DNA of 46,922 nt, taken from the NCBI GenBank assembly GCA_036559685.1, contig DATBSV010000348.1, forward strand, positions 1 to 46,922, in the 5' to 3' direction. The notes below the pieces were generated by a model. That model was not told the origin of the DNA and made no database searches. It saw only the letters and a list, made by a program, of their open reading frames with translations. Position numbers and translations under genes: made by a program. Below are positions 16,773 to 25,618 of this stretch, one piece after another. The DNA comes from Casimicrobiaceae bacterium. Its GTDB lineage: Bacteria; Pseudomonadota; Gammaproteobacteria; Burkholderiales; Casimicrobiaceae. The stretch's first letter is position 1. Each line of letters starts with the position of its first letter.

Positions 16773-18799
16773 GGTGCGGCGTCGCGTGGGGACTGGATTG
16801 GGGGGTCGAGGGCCTCGGCGACCAGCTCGGCGATGTCCCGCGTCTCGATCGCCTCCGCGTCGGGCAAAGCCTTCGTGCCGTCCGACACCATCACGTTGCA
16901 GTACGGGCATGCGGTGGCGATGACGCGCGGGGCGTGCGGCAGCGCCTGCTCGACGCGCGCGATGTTGATGCGCTTGCCGATCGTCTCCTCCATCCACATG
17001 CGGGCGCCTCCGGCGCCGCAGCACATCGCCTTCTCGCGCGACATCGCGAACTCGAGCGGCGCGTCGCGCACGAGGCTGCGCAGGATCGCGCGCGGGGCGT
17101 CGTACTCGCCGTTGTGGCGCCCGAGGTAGCAGGGATCGTGGTACAGCACCCGCTCGAGCTCGCGCCGAAGGTTCAGCCGGCCGTCCGCGATCAGCCGCGC
17201 GATGAGCTGCGTGTGGTGGACGACCTCGTAGGTTCCGCCAAGCGCGGGATACTCGTTCCGGAGCGTGTTGTAGGCGTGAGGGTCGCAGGTGACGATCCGG
17301 CGCACGCCGAACTCGGACAGCGTCGCGACCAGCGTGGCCGCGAGCTGCTGGAACAGCATCTCGTTCCCGGCGCGCCGCACGCATTCGCCCGTCGAGGTCT
17401 CGCGCGCGCCGAGCACCGCGATCTTCACGCCCGCGGCGCGCATGACGCGCGCGAACGCGGCGGCGATCCTCTGCCCGCGCGCGTCGAACGATTCGGCCGA
17501 GCCGACGTAGAACAGGTAGTCGATCTCGCCAGTGTGCGCCGCGTCGCGAAGGAGCGGCACGCCCGCCGCGACGGCCCAGTCGCCGCGCGTGTCCGACGGC
17601 AGGCCCCACGGGTTGCTCTGGACCTCGTACGCGGCGAAGACGCCGCGCAGCTCGTGCGGGAACTCGCCGTCCATCATCACGCGGTGCTGGCGCAGGCGGT
17701 AGAAGAGGGGCAGGTGCTCGAGCTCGATCGGGCACGCCGCCTCGCAGTAGCCGCAGGTCGTGCATGCCCAGAGCGTGTCCTCGCCGATCACGCCGGGGAC
17801 GAGCGACGGAAGCGCTTCGTCCGGCGCGTCGGCGACGAGTGGCGCGCGCAGCTCGACCAGGTGGCGCTTGAGGCCGTCGTTCACCCACTTCAGCGACAGC
17901 GGCTTGCCGGTGAGGAACGTCGGGCACGCGTCCTTGCACCGGCCGCATTCGGTGCACGTGAACGCGTCGAGGCCTTGCTTCCAGGTGAGGTCGCGCGCGC
18001 TGCGCGCGCCGACGGCGATCGTGCCGGTGTCGTCGGCCATCACCCGCTCGAGATCCACCCAGGGCACGACGTTGCCGGGACGACCGCGCCGGAAGTAGAG
18101 CGCCGGCAACGCGGTCACGATATGGAAGTGCTCGCCGGTCGGCAGGATCACGAGGAACGCGAACACCAGGAGCAGCGCGAGCCAGTAGAAGGCGTGGTAG
18201 CCGACGGCGACGACCGCCGCAGGGAGCGGCGCCGCGAGCGTCGCCAATGCGCCGCCGACGATCGCGTACTCCCGCCCGGCGGCGAGCGCAGGATCGGAGG
18301 CGGCGAGCCTCGCGAACCGGAACGCGTCGAACGCGAAGTCGGTGACCATGATCGCGGCGATCAGCGACAGGATGACGAGCGCTTCCCGGTTGCGCTCGAG
18401 CCGCCTGGGCTTCTGCACCAGCCGGCGGTAGAGCGCGTAGCCGCACGCCGCGAGCACGCCGAGCTCGACGACGTCCTTGACCGCGGCGAAGACCAGGCCG
18501 GCGATGCCGGGCCAGGTTGCCGCCTCGTCGTACCCGATGGCGATGAGCTCGAGCTTGCGGAACAGCAGGATCAGGAATCCCGCGAAGATCGCCGTGTGCA
18601 TGACCCCGGGCTTCCATTCGCCGCGGATCATGCGACGCTGCAGGAAACCGTTGACCAGGACGGTCCTCAAGCGCGCGGCGGGGGCGTCCCAGCGCGGCTC
18701 CGGCTTCAGGTGGCGCAGGATCGCGAGCTTGCGCGCGGCGAGCCACGCGAAGCCGGCGAACCCGCAGAGCAGCAGCAGCGTGATCCCGGTCGGGCTCAC
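16769..18799 (-). CDS. Membrane-bound Fe-S oxidoreductase (FadF/HdrD-GlpC/DUF224-like)
   Basis: N-terminal TM domain with His residues; CTECGRC..CP and CTTCGYC..CP; CCG domain HDPCYLGRHN...CCGAGG...ACPYC. Confidence 0.88.
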   Translation of the reverse strand: MSPTGITLLLLCGFAGFAWLAARKLAILRHLKPEPRWDAPAARLRTVLVNGFLQRRMIRGEWKPGVMHTAIFAGFLILLFRKLELIAIGYDEAATWPGIAGLVFAAVKDVVELGVLAACGYALYRRLVQKPRRLERNREALVILSLIAAIMVTDFAFDAFRFARLAASDPALAAGREYAIVGGALATLAAPLPAAVVAVGYHAFYWLALLLVFAFLVILPTGEHFHIVTALPALYFRRGRPGNVVPWVDLERVMADDTGTIAVGARSARDLTWKQGLDAFTCTECGRCKDACPTFLTGKPLSLKWVNDGLKRHLVELRAPLVADAPDEALPSLVPGVIGEDTLWACTTCGYCEAACPIELEHLPLFYRLRQHRVMMDGEFPHELRGVFAAYEVQSNPWGLPSDTRGDWAVAAGVPLLRDAAHTGEIDYLFYVGSAESFDARGQRIAAAFARVMRAAGVKIAVLGARETSTGECVRRAGNEMLFQQLAATLVATLSEFGVRRIVTCDPHAYNTLRNEYPALGGTYEVVHHTQLIARLIADGRLNLRRELERVLYHDPCYLGRHNGEYDAPRAILRSLVRDAPLEFAMSREKAMCCGAGGARMWMEETIGKRINIARVEQALPHAPRVIATACPYCNVMVSDGTKALPDAEAIETRDIAELVAEALDPPIQSPRDAAP

Positions 18800-18803
18800 G
18801 GCT

Positions 18804-20198
18804 TCAGGCCATGCCGAGCGTCCTGGGCAGCCACAGCGTCAACCCGGGCCAGTAGGTGACCACCATCAGGAACACCAGCATCGTCAGCAGCCATGGCCAC
18901 ACCGCGACCGTGAGCTCGGTGATCCCCATCTTCGTGATGCCCGAGGCGACATAGAGGTTGAGCCCCACCGGCGGGTGGCACATGCCGACCTCCATGTTGA
19001 CCACCATCAGGATGCCGAAATGGACCGGGTCGATGCCGAGCTTCATCGCGACCGGGAACAGGATCGGCGCCATGATCAGCACGATCGACGAAGGCTCCAT
19101 CACGTTGCCGGCGAGCAGCAGCACGATGTTGACGAACAGCAGGAACGCGACGACGCCGAGGCCCTTGTCGAGCATCCACGCGGCGAGCTCCTGCGGGATC
19201 TGCTCGGAGGTCATCAGGTAGCTGAACATCACCGCGTTGGTGATGATGTACAGGAGCATCGCGCTCATGTTCGCGCTGTCGAGCAGCACCTTGGGCACCT
19301 TCGACAGCGGCATGTCCTTGTACACGAAGATCGCGACGAGGAACGCGTAGACCGCGCTCATCGCCGCCGCCTCGGTCGGCGTGAAGATGCCCGTGTAGAT
19401 CCCGCCGATGACCACGACGATCAGGAGCAGGCCCCAGATGCTCTCGCGGAACGTGCGCCAGCGCTCGCCCCACGAGGCCTTCGGCTGGCGCGGGTAGTTG
19501 TGCTTGCGCGCGCGCCACCACGTAGTGAGGCCGAGACACATGGCCAGCGCGATGCCGGGAATGATGCCGGCGATGAACAGCGCGCCTACCGAGGTATTGG
19601 TCGCGACCGCGTACATCACCATGACAATCGACGGCGGGATCAGGATGCCGAGCGCGCCGGATGTCGTGATGACCCCGGCGCCGAACCGCGCCGGAAAGCC
19701 CTTGGCCAGCATCGCCGGCAGGATGATCGAGCCGATGGCGACGACGGTCGCGGGCGAGCTTCCCGACACGGCGGCGAACAGCGCACACGCCATGACGCCC
19801 GCGAGGCCGAGGCCGCCGTGCCAGTGGCCGACCATCGCGGAGGCGAAGTTGATCATGCGGCGCGCCACGCCGCCGTGCGTGAGGAAGTTGCCGGCCAGGA
19901 TGAAGAACGGGATCGCCATGATCTCGAACTTCTCGATGCCGGTGAAGAGCTTGAGCGCCACCGACTCGATCGGCACGGTCGTCATCGTGAACAGGTACGT
20001 GAGCACGGTGAGGCCGAGCGAGATCGAGATCGGCATCCCGGTCAGCATCAGGCCGAACAGCAGCGCGAAGATGATCCACGCATTGGCGATCGGGACGCCC
20101 GCGAACTTGAGCAGCACCGGGATGCCGATCATGAGGATCGGGATCAGCGCCGGCCAGCGCGGAGCGTCGGGACCCGGCGCGACGACCAGGGTGCTCAT
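18804..20198 (-). CDS. dctM: TRAP C4-dicarboxylate transporter large permease
   Basis: AIPFFILAG, AVSGSSPAT, LIPPSI, FTPTEAA and HPPVGLNL. Confidence 0.93.
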   Translation of the reverse strand: MSTLVVAPGPDAPRWPALIPILMIGIPVLLKFAGVPIANAWIIFALLFGLMLTGMPISISLGLTVLTYLFTMTTVPIESVALKLFTGIEKFEIMAIPFFILAGNFLTHGGVARRMINFASAMVGHWHGGLGLAGVMACALFAAVSGSSPATVVAIGSIILPAMLAKGFPARFGAGVITTSGALGILIPPSIVMVMYAVATNTSVGALFIAGIIPGIALAMCLGLTTWWRARKHNYPRQPKASWGERWRTFRESIWGLLLIVVVIGGIYTGIFTPTEAAAMSAVYAFLVAIFVYKDMPLSKVPKVLLDSANMSAMLLYIITNAVMFSYLMTSEQIPQELAAWMLDKGLGVVAFLLFVNIVLLLAGNVMEPSSIVLIMAPILFPVAMKLGIDPVHFGILMVVNMEVGMCHPPVGLNLYVASGITKMGITELTVAVWPWLLTMLVFLMVVTYWPGLTLWLPRTLGMA

Positions 20199-20794
20199 CG
20201 CGGAGCGGCCTTCAGGTCGGCCGGGTGCAGGTCGTCGACCAACACGTAGGGATCGATGTCCTCGATGCCCTCGACGTGCGAGACGTCATGGCGCGGCAGC
20301 TCGCCGGTCTTCCAGAATGCCCACGCGACCTGCAGGAAGCGGAAGCACATCAGGTAGCTGCCGAGCGGGATGCACGCGTACACGATCCACTTCGGCAGCT
20401 CGAGGTCGGGCGACACCGACGTGGTGTGCGCGATGTCCCAGACGAACGTCGCGCCCAACGTCCCGACGATGGCGGTGAACGTCGCGCCGGCGAGCAGGCC
20501 GAACAGCACGTAGATCCTGCGGGTGCCCGGCGGCAGGCGGTTGATGAGCACGTCGACGCCGACGTGGATGCCGGTGCGTACACCGTAGGCCGCTCCGAAC
20601 TTCGCCATCCACACGAACATGTAGATGCAGAGCTCCTGGGCCCACGACAGGTCGATCCGGAGGAGCGCGTCCTGCAGCCCCGGGATCGGCAGTCCCGCTG
20701 CGTAGCGATGCAGGACCGCCACGAAGATGACGAGCGTCGCCGCGCCCATCAGGAACGCGATGATCACCTCCTCGAGCCGGTCGAGGATCTTCAC
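20195..20794 (-). CDS. dctQ: TRAP transporter small permease
   Basis: WAQELCIYMFVW..KFGAAYGVRTGIHVGVD; located between dctP and dctM. Confidence 0.92.
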   Translation of the reverse strand: MKILDRLEEVIIAFLMGAATLVIFVAVLHRYAAGLPIPGLQDALLRIDLSWAQELCIYMFVWMAKFGAAYGVRTGIHVGVDVLINRLPPGTRRIYVLFGLLAGATFTAIVGTLGATFVWDIAHTTSVSPDLELPKWIVYACIPLGSYLMCFRFLQVAWAFWKTGELPRHDVSHVEGIEDIDPYVLVDDLHPADLKAAPR

Positions 20795-20801
20795 GCGGCA
20801 G

Positions 20802-21797
20802 CTACGGCTTGAAGCCGGTCGCCTGGTAGACGGCGGCGATGGTCTCCTTGCCGACGCGCGACTCGTTCTCCTTGTGCACCGTGACGAGGGCCTTGCGCAT
20901 CGCGGCCTTCTCGTCGGCCGTCAGCGAGATCACCTGGGTCTTGCCGCTCTTGCGCACGGCCTCCAGCGCGTCGTCGTTCTCCTTCTTGGCGATGTCGTTG
21001 GCGTACACCGTCGCGTCCTTCATGGCGCTCTCGAGCGCGGCGCGGACGTCGGGCGGCAGCCCGTCCCAGAACTTCTTGTTCGCGATGACCGCGTAGCCGA
21101 GGTAGCCGTGGTCGGTGAGCGCGAGGAACTTCTGCACCTCGTGCATCTTCTGCGTGTAGAAGTTCGACGGCGGGTTCTCGGTGCCGTCGACCACGCCGGT
21201 CTGCAGCGCCTGGTAGACCTCGGAGAACGCCATGACCTGCGGGATCGCACCGAGCGCCTTGATCTCGTCGCCCAGCACCTTCGACGACTGGATGCGCATC
21301 TTGAGGCCCTTGTAGTCGGCCGGCGTGCGGATCGGGCGGTTGGCGCTCATGACCTTGAAGCCGTTATCCCAGTAGGCGAGCCCGACGATGCCCTTCGACT
21401 CGAGCTTCTTGAACAGCGCCGCGCCGGTCGGGCCGTTCGTGACCTTGTGCAGCTCGTCGAAGTTGTCGAACACGTAGGGCAGGTCGAACACCTCGAAGTC
21501 GCGCACGCCGAGCGGCCCGAACTTCGCGAGCGAGGGCGCGAGCAGGTGGACCGAGCCGAGCTGAAGCGCCTCCATCTCCTCGCCGTCCTTGAACAGCGAG
21601 CTGTTCGGGTAGATCTCGATCTTGACGCGGCCCTTCGTGCGCTCCTCGGCGAGCTGCTTGAACCGCTCGGCGCCCTTGCCCTTCGGCGTGTCGATGGCGA
21701 CGACGTGGCTGAACTTGACGACGATCGGCTGTTGCGCCTGGGCGGGCGCGACTAGCGCCAGCGCGGCAATGCAAAGCACCCACTTTGCGAGCTTCAT
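20802..21797 (-). CDS. dctP: TRAP C4-dicarboxylate-binding protein
   Basis: From ATG 21797. Signal peptide, KFSHVVA.DTPKG, WDNGFK, KMRIQSS and DGTENP. Confidence 0.94.
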   Translation of the reverse strand: MKLAKWVLCIAALALVAPAQAQQPIVVKFSHVVAIDTPKGKGAERFKQLAEERTKGRVKIEIYPNSSLFKDGEEMEALQLGSVHLLAPSLAKFGPLGVRDFEVFDLPYVFDNFDELHKVTNGPTGAALFKKLESKGIVGLAYWDNGFKVMSANRPIRTPADYKGLKMRIQSSKVLGDEIKALGAIPQVMAFSEVYQALQTGVVDGTENPPSNFYTQKMHEVQKFLALTDHGYLGYAVIANKKFWDGLPPDVRAALESAMKDATVYANDIAKKENDDALEAVRKSGKTQVISLTADEKAAMRKALVTVHKENESRVGKETIAAVYQATGFKP

Positions 21798-21852
21798 GGT
21801 CTCTCCTGGACGCGGTGTGCGGTCCATTCTCGGCCGCGCGAGCGCGCTTTCC

Positions 21853-21866
21853 TTGATCCGGAACAA
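21853..21866. promoter_or_regulatory. FNR-like box upstream of dctP
   Basis: TTGAT-CCGG-AACAA; minus-strand -10-like GAGAAT at 21831-21826. Confidence 0.65.
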
Positions 21867-21873
21867 AGCTTGG

Positions 21874-22653
21874 TCATTTGAGGCCGGCGGCGACCATCTT
21901 TCGCCGGACGAACGCGATCTGCGTGGCGAGCGGCAGCTGCTTCGGGCACACGTCGTGGCAGCCCAGGAGCGACATGCAGCCGAAAACGCCGTCGTCGTCG
22001 CCCACGAGCTCGTAGTACGCCTCGTCGTCACGCGTGTCGCGCGGGTCGAGCCTGAACCGCGCGATCTTGTTGAGCCCGACCGCCCCGACGAAGGCGGGCC
22101 GCATGCGGACGGTACCGCACCCGGCGACGCAGCACCCGCACTCGATGCAGCGGTCGAGCTCGTAGATCGACTGCGCGAGGTCGGGATCCATCCGCTCCTC
22201 GAGTCGGGAGAGGTCGACCTCGGCCTCCTTCATGTGCAGCCAGGCCTCGAGGCGCTCGGTCATCGCCCGCATCCACTTTCCGGTATTCACCGACAGGTCG
22301 GCGATGAGCTCGAAGACGGGCAGCGGAGCGAGCGTGATCTCGGCGTCGAGCGCCTTGGTCAGCGTGCGGCACGCGAGGGCCGGCCGCCCGTTGATCACCA
22401 TCGCACAGCTTCCGCAGATGCCCGCGCGGCACACGAAATCGAACTGCAGCGAGGCGTCCTGCTTCTCGCGGATCTCGTTCAGCGCGATGAACAGCGTCAT
22501 GCCGTCGGCCTCGTCGAGCGCGTACGACTGTAGGCGCGGCCGGCTGTCCGGCTCCTGCGGGTTGTAGCGGACGACGCGGATCGTGAGGCGGCGCGGCGCG
22601 GCCGACGCCTTCGCGACCGGTACGGACGGAACGGGGATCGTGACGTCGTTCAT
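21874..22653 (-). CDS. frdB: Fumarate reductase iron-sulfur subunit
   Basis: [19 protein letters not shown] and [13 protein letters not shown]. Start ATG 22653. Confidence 0.93.
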   Translation of the reverse strand: MNDVTIPVPSVPVAKASAAPRRLTIRVVRYNPQEPDSRPRLQSYALDEADGMTLFIALNEIREKQDASLQFDFVCRAGICGSCAMVINGRPALACRTLTKALDAEITLAPLPVFELIADLSVNTGKWMRAMTERLEAWLHMKEAEVDLSRLEERMDPDLAQSIYELDRCIECGCCVAGCGTVRMRPAFVGAVGLNKIARFRLDPRDTRDDEAYYELVGDDDGVFGCMSLLGCHDVCPKQLPLATQIAFVRRKMVAAGLK

Positions 22654-24647
22654 GCGTTCGCCCGCGACGGCAACGGCTCGTCGAGCCGCTCGTTGAGCCC
22701 GCGGTAGCGCGCGGGCAGCAGGTGCTCGTAGGGCATCAGCGCCGCCTGCACCGCGTACCGGCCGGCAGCCGCATGCTCGGCCTTTCGCTTCTCGACCTCG
22801 GCCGTGCGCCCCGCGGTTTCGGGGTGATCGAGGTAGTCCCTGGCGCCGTAGCCGCGCCAGCCGGGCGGCAGCTCCATCGCCATCACGTCGAGCGCCTCGT
22901 ACGTCAGCGTGGGCAACGTGTCGTCCTCCCGTGTCCAGACGGCTAGCGTGCGCTTCAGCCACTGCGCGTCGTCGCGGCGCGGGTGGTCGTTGCGGTAGTG
23001 CGCGCCGCGGCTCTCGGTGCGCATGAGCGCGCCGTGCGCGACGCACAGCGCCACCTTGAGCATCTTCTGCGTGCGATACGCGGCGACGAGCTCCGGGTTC
23101 GCGCCGACCGCGCGGTAACGCAACCCGATGTTGCGGCTGCGGCGCAGCAGGTCCTCGAGCTCGTCGACGGCGGAGGTCAGCTCCTCGCCGGTGCGGAAGA
23201 TGCCGACCTTGTCGGTCATGATCTCCTGCATGCGCGTGCGGAGCGTGTGGGCCTGCTCGAGGCCCTGGGACGCGATGAGCGCGTCGATGCGCGCCTGCTC
23301 GCGCTCGAGGAAGCCTTGCACGAGCGCGGTGGAGAAGCCGAGGTCGCTTGCCGCGCTGTCGCACCAGTCGGCCACGTACTCGCTCACGATCATGCCCGCC
23401 ACGACGGTCTCCGCGACCGAGTTGCCGCCGAGCCGGTTGAAGCCGTGCATGTCCCAGCACGCCGCCTCGCCGGCCGCGAAGAGCCCCTTGAGCGTCGGCG
23501 ACTGGCCCGTGTGATCGGTGCGCACGCCGCCCATCGTGTAGTGCTGCGCGGGCCGGACCGGTATCCACTCCTTCACCGGATCGACGCCGAGGAAGTGATG
23601 GCAGATCTCCTTGACCTCGCGGAGGTTGGTGTCGATGTGCCGCTGGCCGAGCTGCGTGATGTCGAGCCACAGGTGCTGGCCGAAGCGCGAGCGCACGCCC
23701 TTGCCCGCGTGCATGTGCTGCTCCATGCGCCGGCTCACGACGTCGCGCGACGCGAGCTCCTTCTTCTCCGGCTCGTAGTCGGGCATGAAGCGATGACCGT
23801 CGGCGTCGCGCAACAGGCCCCCGTCGCCCCGGCAGCCCTCGGTCACCAGGATTCCCGCCGGGAAGATCGCGGTCGGATGGAACTGCACGGCTTCCATGTT
23901 CCCGAGCGCGGCGACGCCGGTCTCGAGCGCGATCGCGGCGCCGATGCCTTCGCAGATCACCGCGTTGGTCGTCGCGCGGTACAGGCGGCCCGCGCCACCG
24001 GTCGCGATGACGGTGGCCTTCGCGACGTACGCGGTCAGCCCGCCGCCGACCAGGTCGCGCACGATGGCGCCGTAGCAACGACCGCCGTCGTGGATGAGCG
24101 AGAGCGCCTCGGCACGCTCGTGCACCGGGATCGAGTGCGCGATCGCCCGGTCGCTCACCGCGTAGAGCATCGCGTGGCCGGTCCCGTCGGAGACGTAGCA
24201 GGTGCGCCACTTCTTGGTGCCGCCGAAGTCGCGCTGCGCGACCAACCCGTGCGCGTCGTCGCGCTCGGTGATCGTCACCGGCTGGCCGTTGATGATCACG
24301 CTCCGATCGCCCTTGCGCACGCGGCTCCACGGCACGCCCCAGGCGGCGAGCTCGCGCACGGCCTTGGGCGCGGTGTTCACGAACATGCGCACCACGCGCT
24401 GATCCGCGCCCCAGTCGCTGCCACGCACGGTGTCCTCGAAGTGCACGTCCTCGTTGTCGCCGGCGCCCTTGGTCACGTTGCCGAGGCTCGCCTGCATGCC
24501 GCCTTGCGCGGCGGCCGAATGCGAGCGCTTGGGTGGCACCAGCGACAGGACGACGACGTCGTGGCCGCGTCGCTTCGCCCCGATGCCCACGCGCAGTCCG
24601 GCGAGTCCGCCGCCGACCACCAACACGTCGGTGTAGACGATCTTCAT
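22650..24647 (-). CDS. frdA: Fumarate reductase flavoprotein subunit (type B, Wolinella-like)
   Basis: [30 protein letters not shown] (covalent FAD His), [21 protein letters not shown] and TESRGAH. Confidence 0.95.
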   Translation of the reverse strand: MKIVYTDVLVVGGGLAGLRVGIGAKRRGHDVVVLSLVPPKRSHSAAAQGGMQASLGNVTKGAGDNEDVHFEDTVRGSDWGADQRVVRMFVNTAPKAVRELAAWGVPWSRVRKGDRSVIINGQPVTITERDDAHGLVAQRDFGGTKKWRTCYVSDGTGHAMLYAVSDRAIAHSIPVHERAEALSLIHDGGRCYGAIVRDLVGGGLTAYVAKATVIATGGAGRLYRATTNAVICEGIGAAIALETGVAALGNMEAVQFHPTAIFPAGILVTEGCRGDGGLLRDADGHRFMPDYEPEKKELASRDVVSRRMEQHMHAGKGVRSRFGQHLWLDITQLGQRHIDTNLREVKEICHHFLGVDPVKEWIPVRPAQHYTMGGVRTDHTGQSPTLKGLFAAGEAACWDMHGFNRLGGNSVAETVVAGMIVSEYVADWCDSAASDLGFSTALVQGFLEREQARIDALIASQGLEQAHTLRTRMQEIMTDKVGIFRTGEELTSAVDELEDLLRRSRNIGLRYRAVGANPELVAAYRTQKMLKVALCVAHGALMRTESRGAHYRNDHPRRDDAQWLKRTLAVWTREDDTLPTLTYEALDVMAMELPPGWRGYGARDYLDHPETAGRTAEVEKRKAEHAAAGRYAVQAALMPYEHLLPARYRGLNERLDEPLPSRANA

Positions 24648-25411
24648 CGACCGGCCGCGGGAACGTAGCGTTCGCCGGCGCGGTCGGCGTGCTCGATGCC
24701 GATCTTGACGTAGGCGGCGAGCGTGGCGAAGCCGAGCACGAGGAAGAACGCGGTGATCGCCCACTTGAGGCGCTTGAGGCGCTTGCGCGTCGCGTTCGGA
24801 TCCGGCGAGGCGAGCCAGCCCCACTTCACGGCGAGCCGGTAAAGACCGATGCCGCCGTGCAGCTCCACGGCCAGCAGCAGCAGGATGTACAGCGGCCAGT
24901 AGTGCTCGCTCCAGACGCGATCCGCGGATTCGTACGGACCGATCCGGTCGGGGTGCGCGAGCATGACGTACAGGTGCATCGACGCGAGGAAGAACAGCGC
25001 GAAGCCGGTGAACACCTGCCAGAACCACAACGTCGTGTCCTCGTGGCGCATCATCCGCATGTGGGCGCGGAACGCGCTGTACTGCCGGTAGCCGCCGGGG
25101 AGCTTGCGCACCGCGAGCACGGCGTGCACGACGAGGAGCGCCAGCACGAGCGCGACCGCGACGGACACGACGCCGGGATACGACCGGCCGAACAGGAAGT
25201 AGCCCTCGAAGAACTTCGTGACCGTCCACATCGCGTCCTTGCCGAGCAGGATCGACGACACGAAGAACATGTGGGCCCACATGAACAGCACGAGCAGGAG
25301 CCCGCTCGCGCTCTGCGCGAGGTCGAGGCGCGCGGGCCAGCGGCTCGCCCGGCCGTCCTCGGCAAGGCCGACGTGCGCGATATGCGGGCTGGTGCGCTCC
25401 ATGGCGGCCAT
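24644..25411 (-). CDS. frdC: Fumarate reductase diheme cytochrome b subunit (type B single anchor)
   Basis: [48 protein letters not shown] and [11 protein letters not shown]. Confidence 0.92.
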   Translation of the reverse strand: MAAMERTSPHIAHVGLAEDGRASRWPARLDLAQSASGLLLVLFMWAHMFFVSSILLGKDAMWTVTKFFEGYFLFGRSYPGVVSVAVALVLALLVVHAVLAVRKLPGGYRQYSAFRAHMRMMRHEDTTLWFWQVFTGFALFFLASMHLYVMLAHPDRIGPYESADRVWSEHYWPLYILLLLAVELHGGIGLYRLAVKWGWLASPDPNATRKRLKRLKWAITAFFLVLGFATLAAYVKIGIEHADRAGERYVPAAGR

Positions 25412-25454
25412 TGGCGTCTCCGTCGCAACCTAGCCTCCGATCCCGCCGGCAGTC

Positions 25455-25468
25455 TTGACCTGCGTCAA
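25455..25468. promoter_or_regulatory. FNR box serving divergent promoters (frdCAB and por-scar/mae)
   Basis: TTGAC-CTGC-GTCAA; -10-like TAGGTT (minus, 25432-25427) and CAGAAT (plus, 25490-25495), both near class II spacing. Confidence 0.8.
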
Positions 25469-25519
25469 AGTCGCGGCCGCTGCCGGACCCAGAATGCGAC
25501 GAGGGGGGGAAGGGCGCTC

Positions 25520-25618
25520 ATGTTCCAGATCCGCATACACGGCAGAGGCGTGCAGGGCGTGATCTGCGTGTCCGAGTGTCCGTGCGGCGCGATCAAGTTG
25601 ATTCCGGAGGCGACCTAA
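25520..25618 (+). pseudogene. Chimeric 32-aa remnant: PFOR gamma-subunit N-terminus fused to a ferredoxin-type C-terminus
   Basis: MFQIRIHGRGVQGV (compare PorC/PorG HGRGGQG) joined to ICVSECPCGAIKLIPEAT (end of a 4Fe-4S dicluster domain). Purine-rich RBS upstream; the stop abuts the mae ATG. Confidence 0.8.

Noticed and set aside
21874-25411. The operon as ordinary sdhCDAB
   Set aside because: It has a single large diheme anchor, type B FrdA signatures and an FNR box; directionality still needs an assay.
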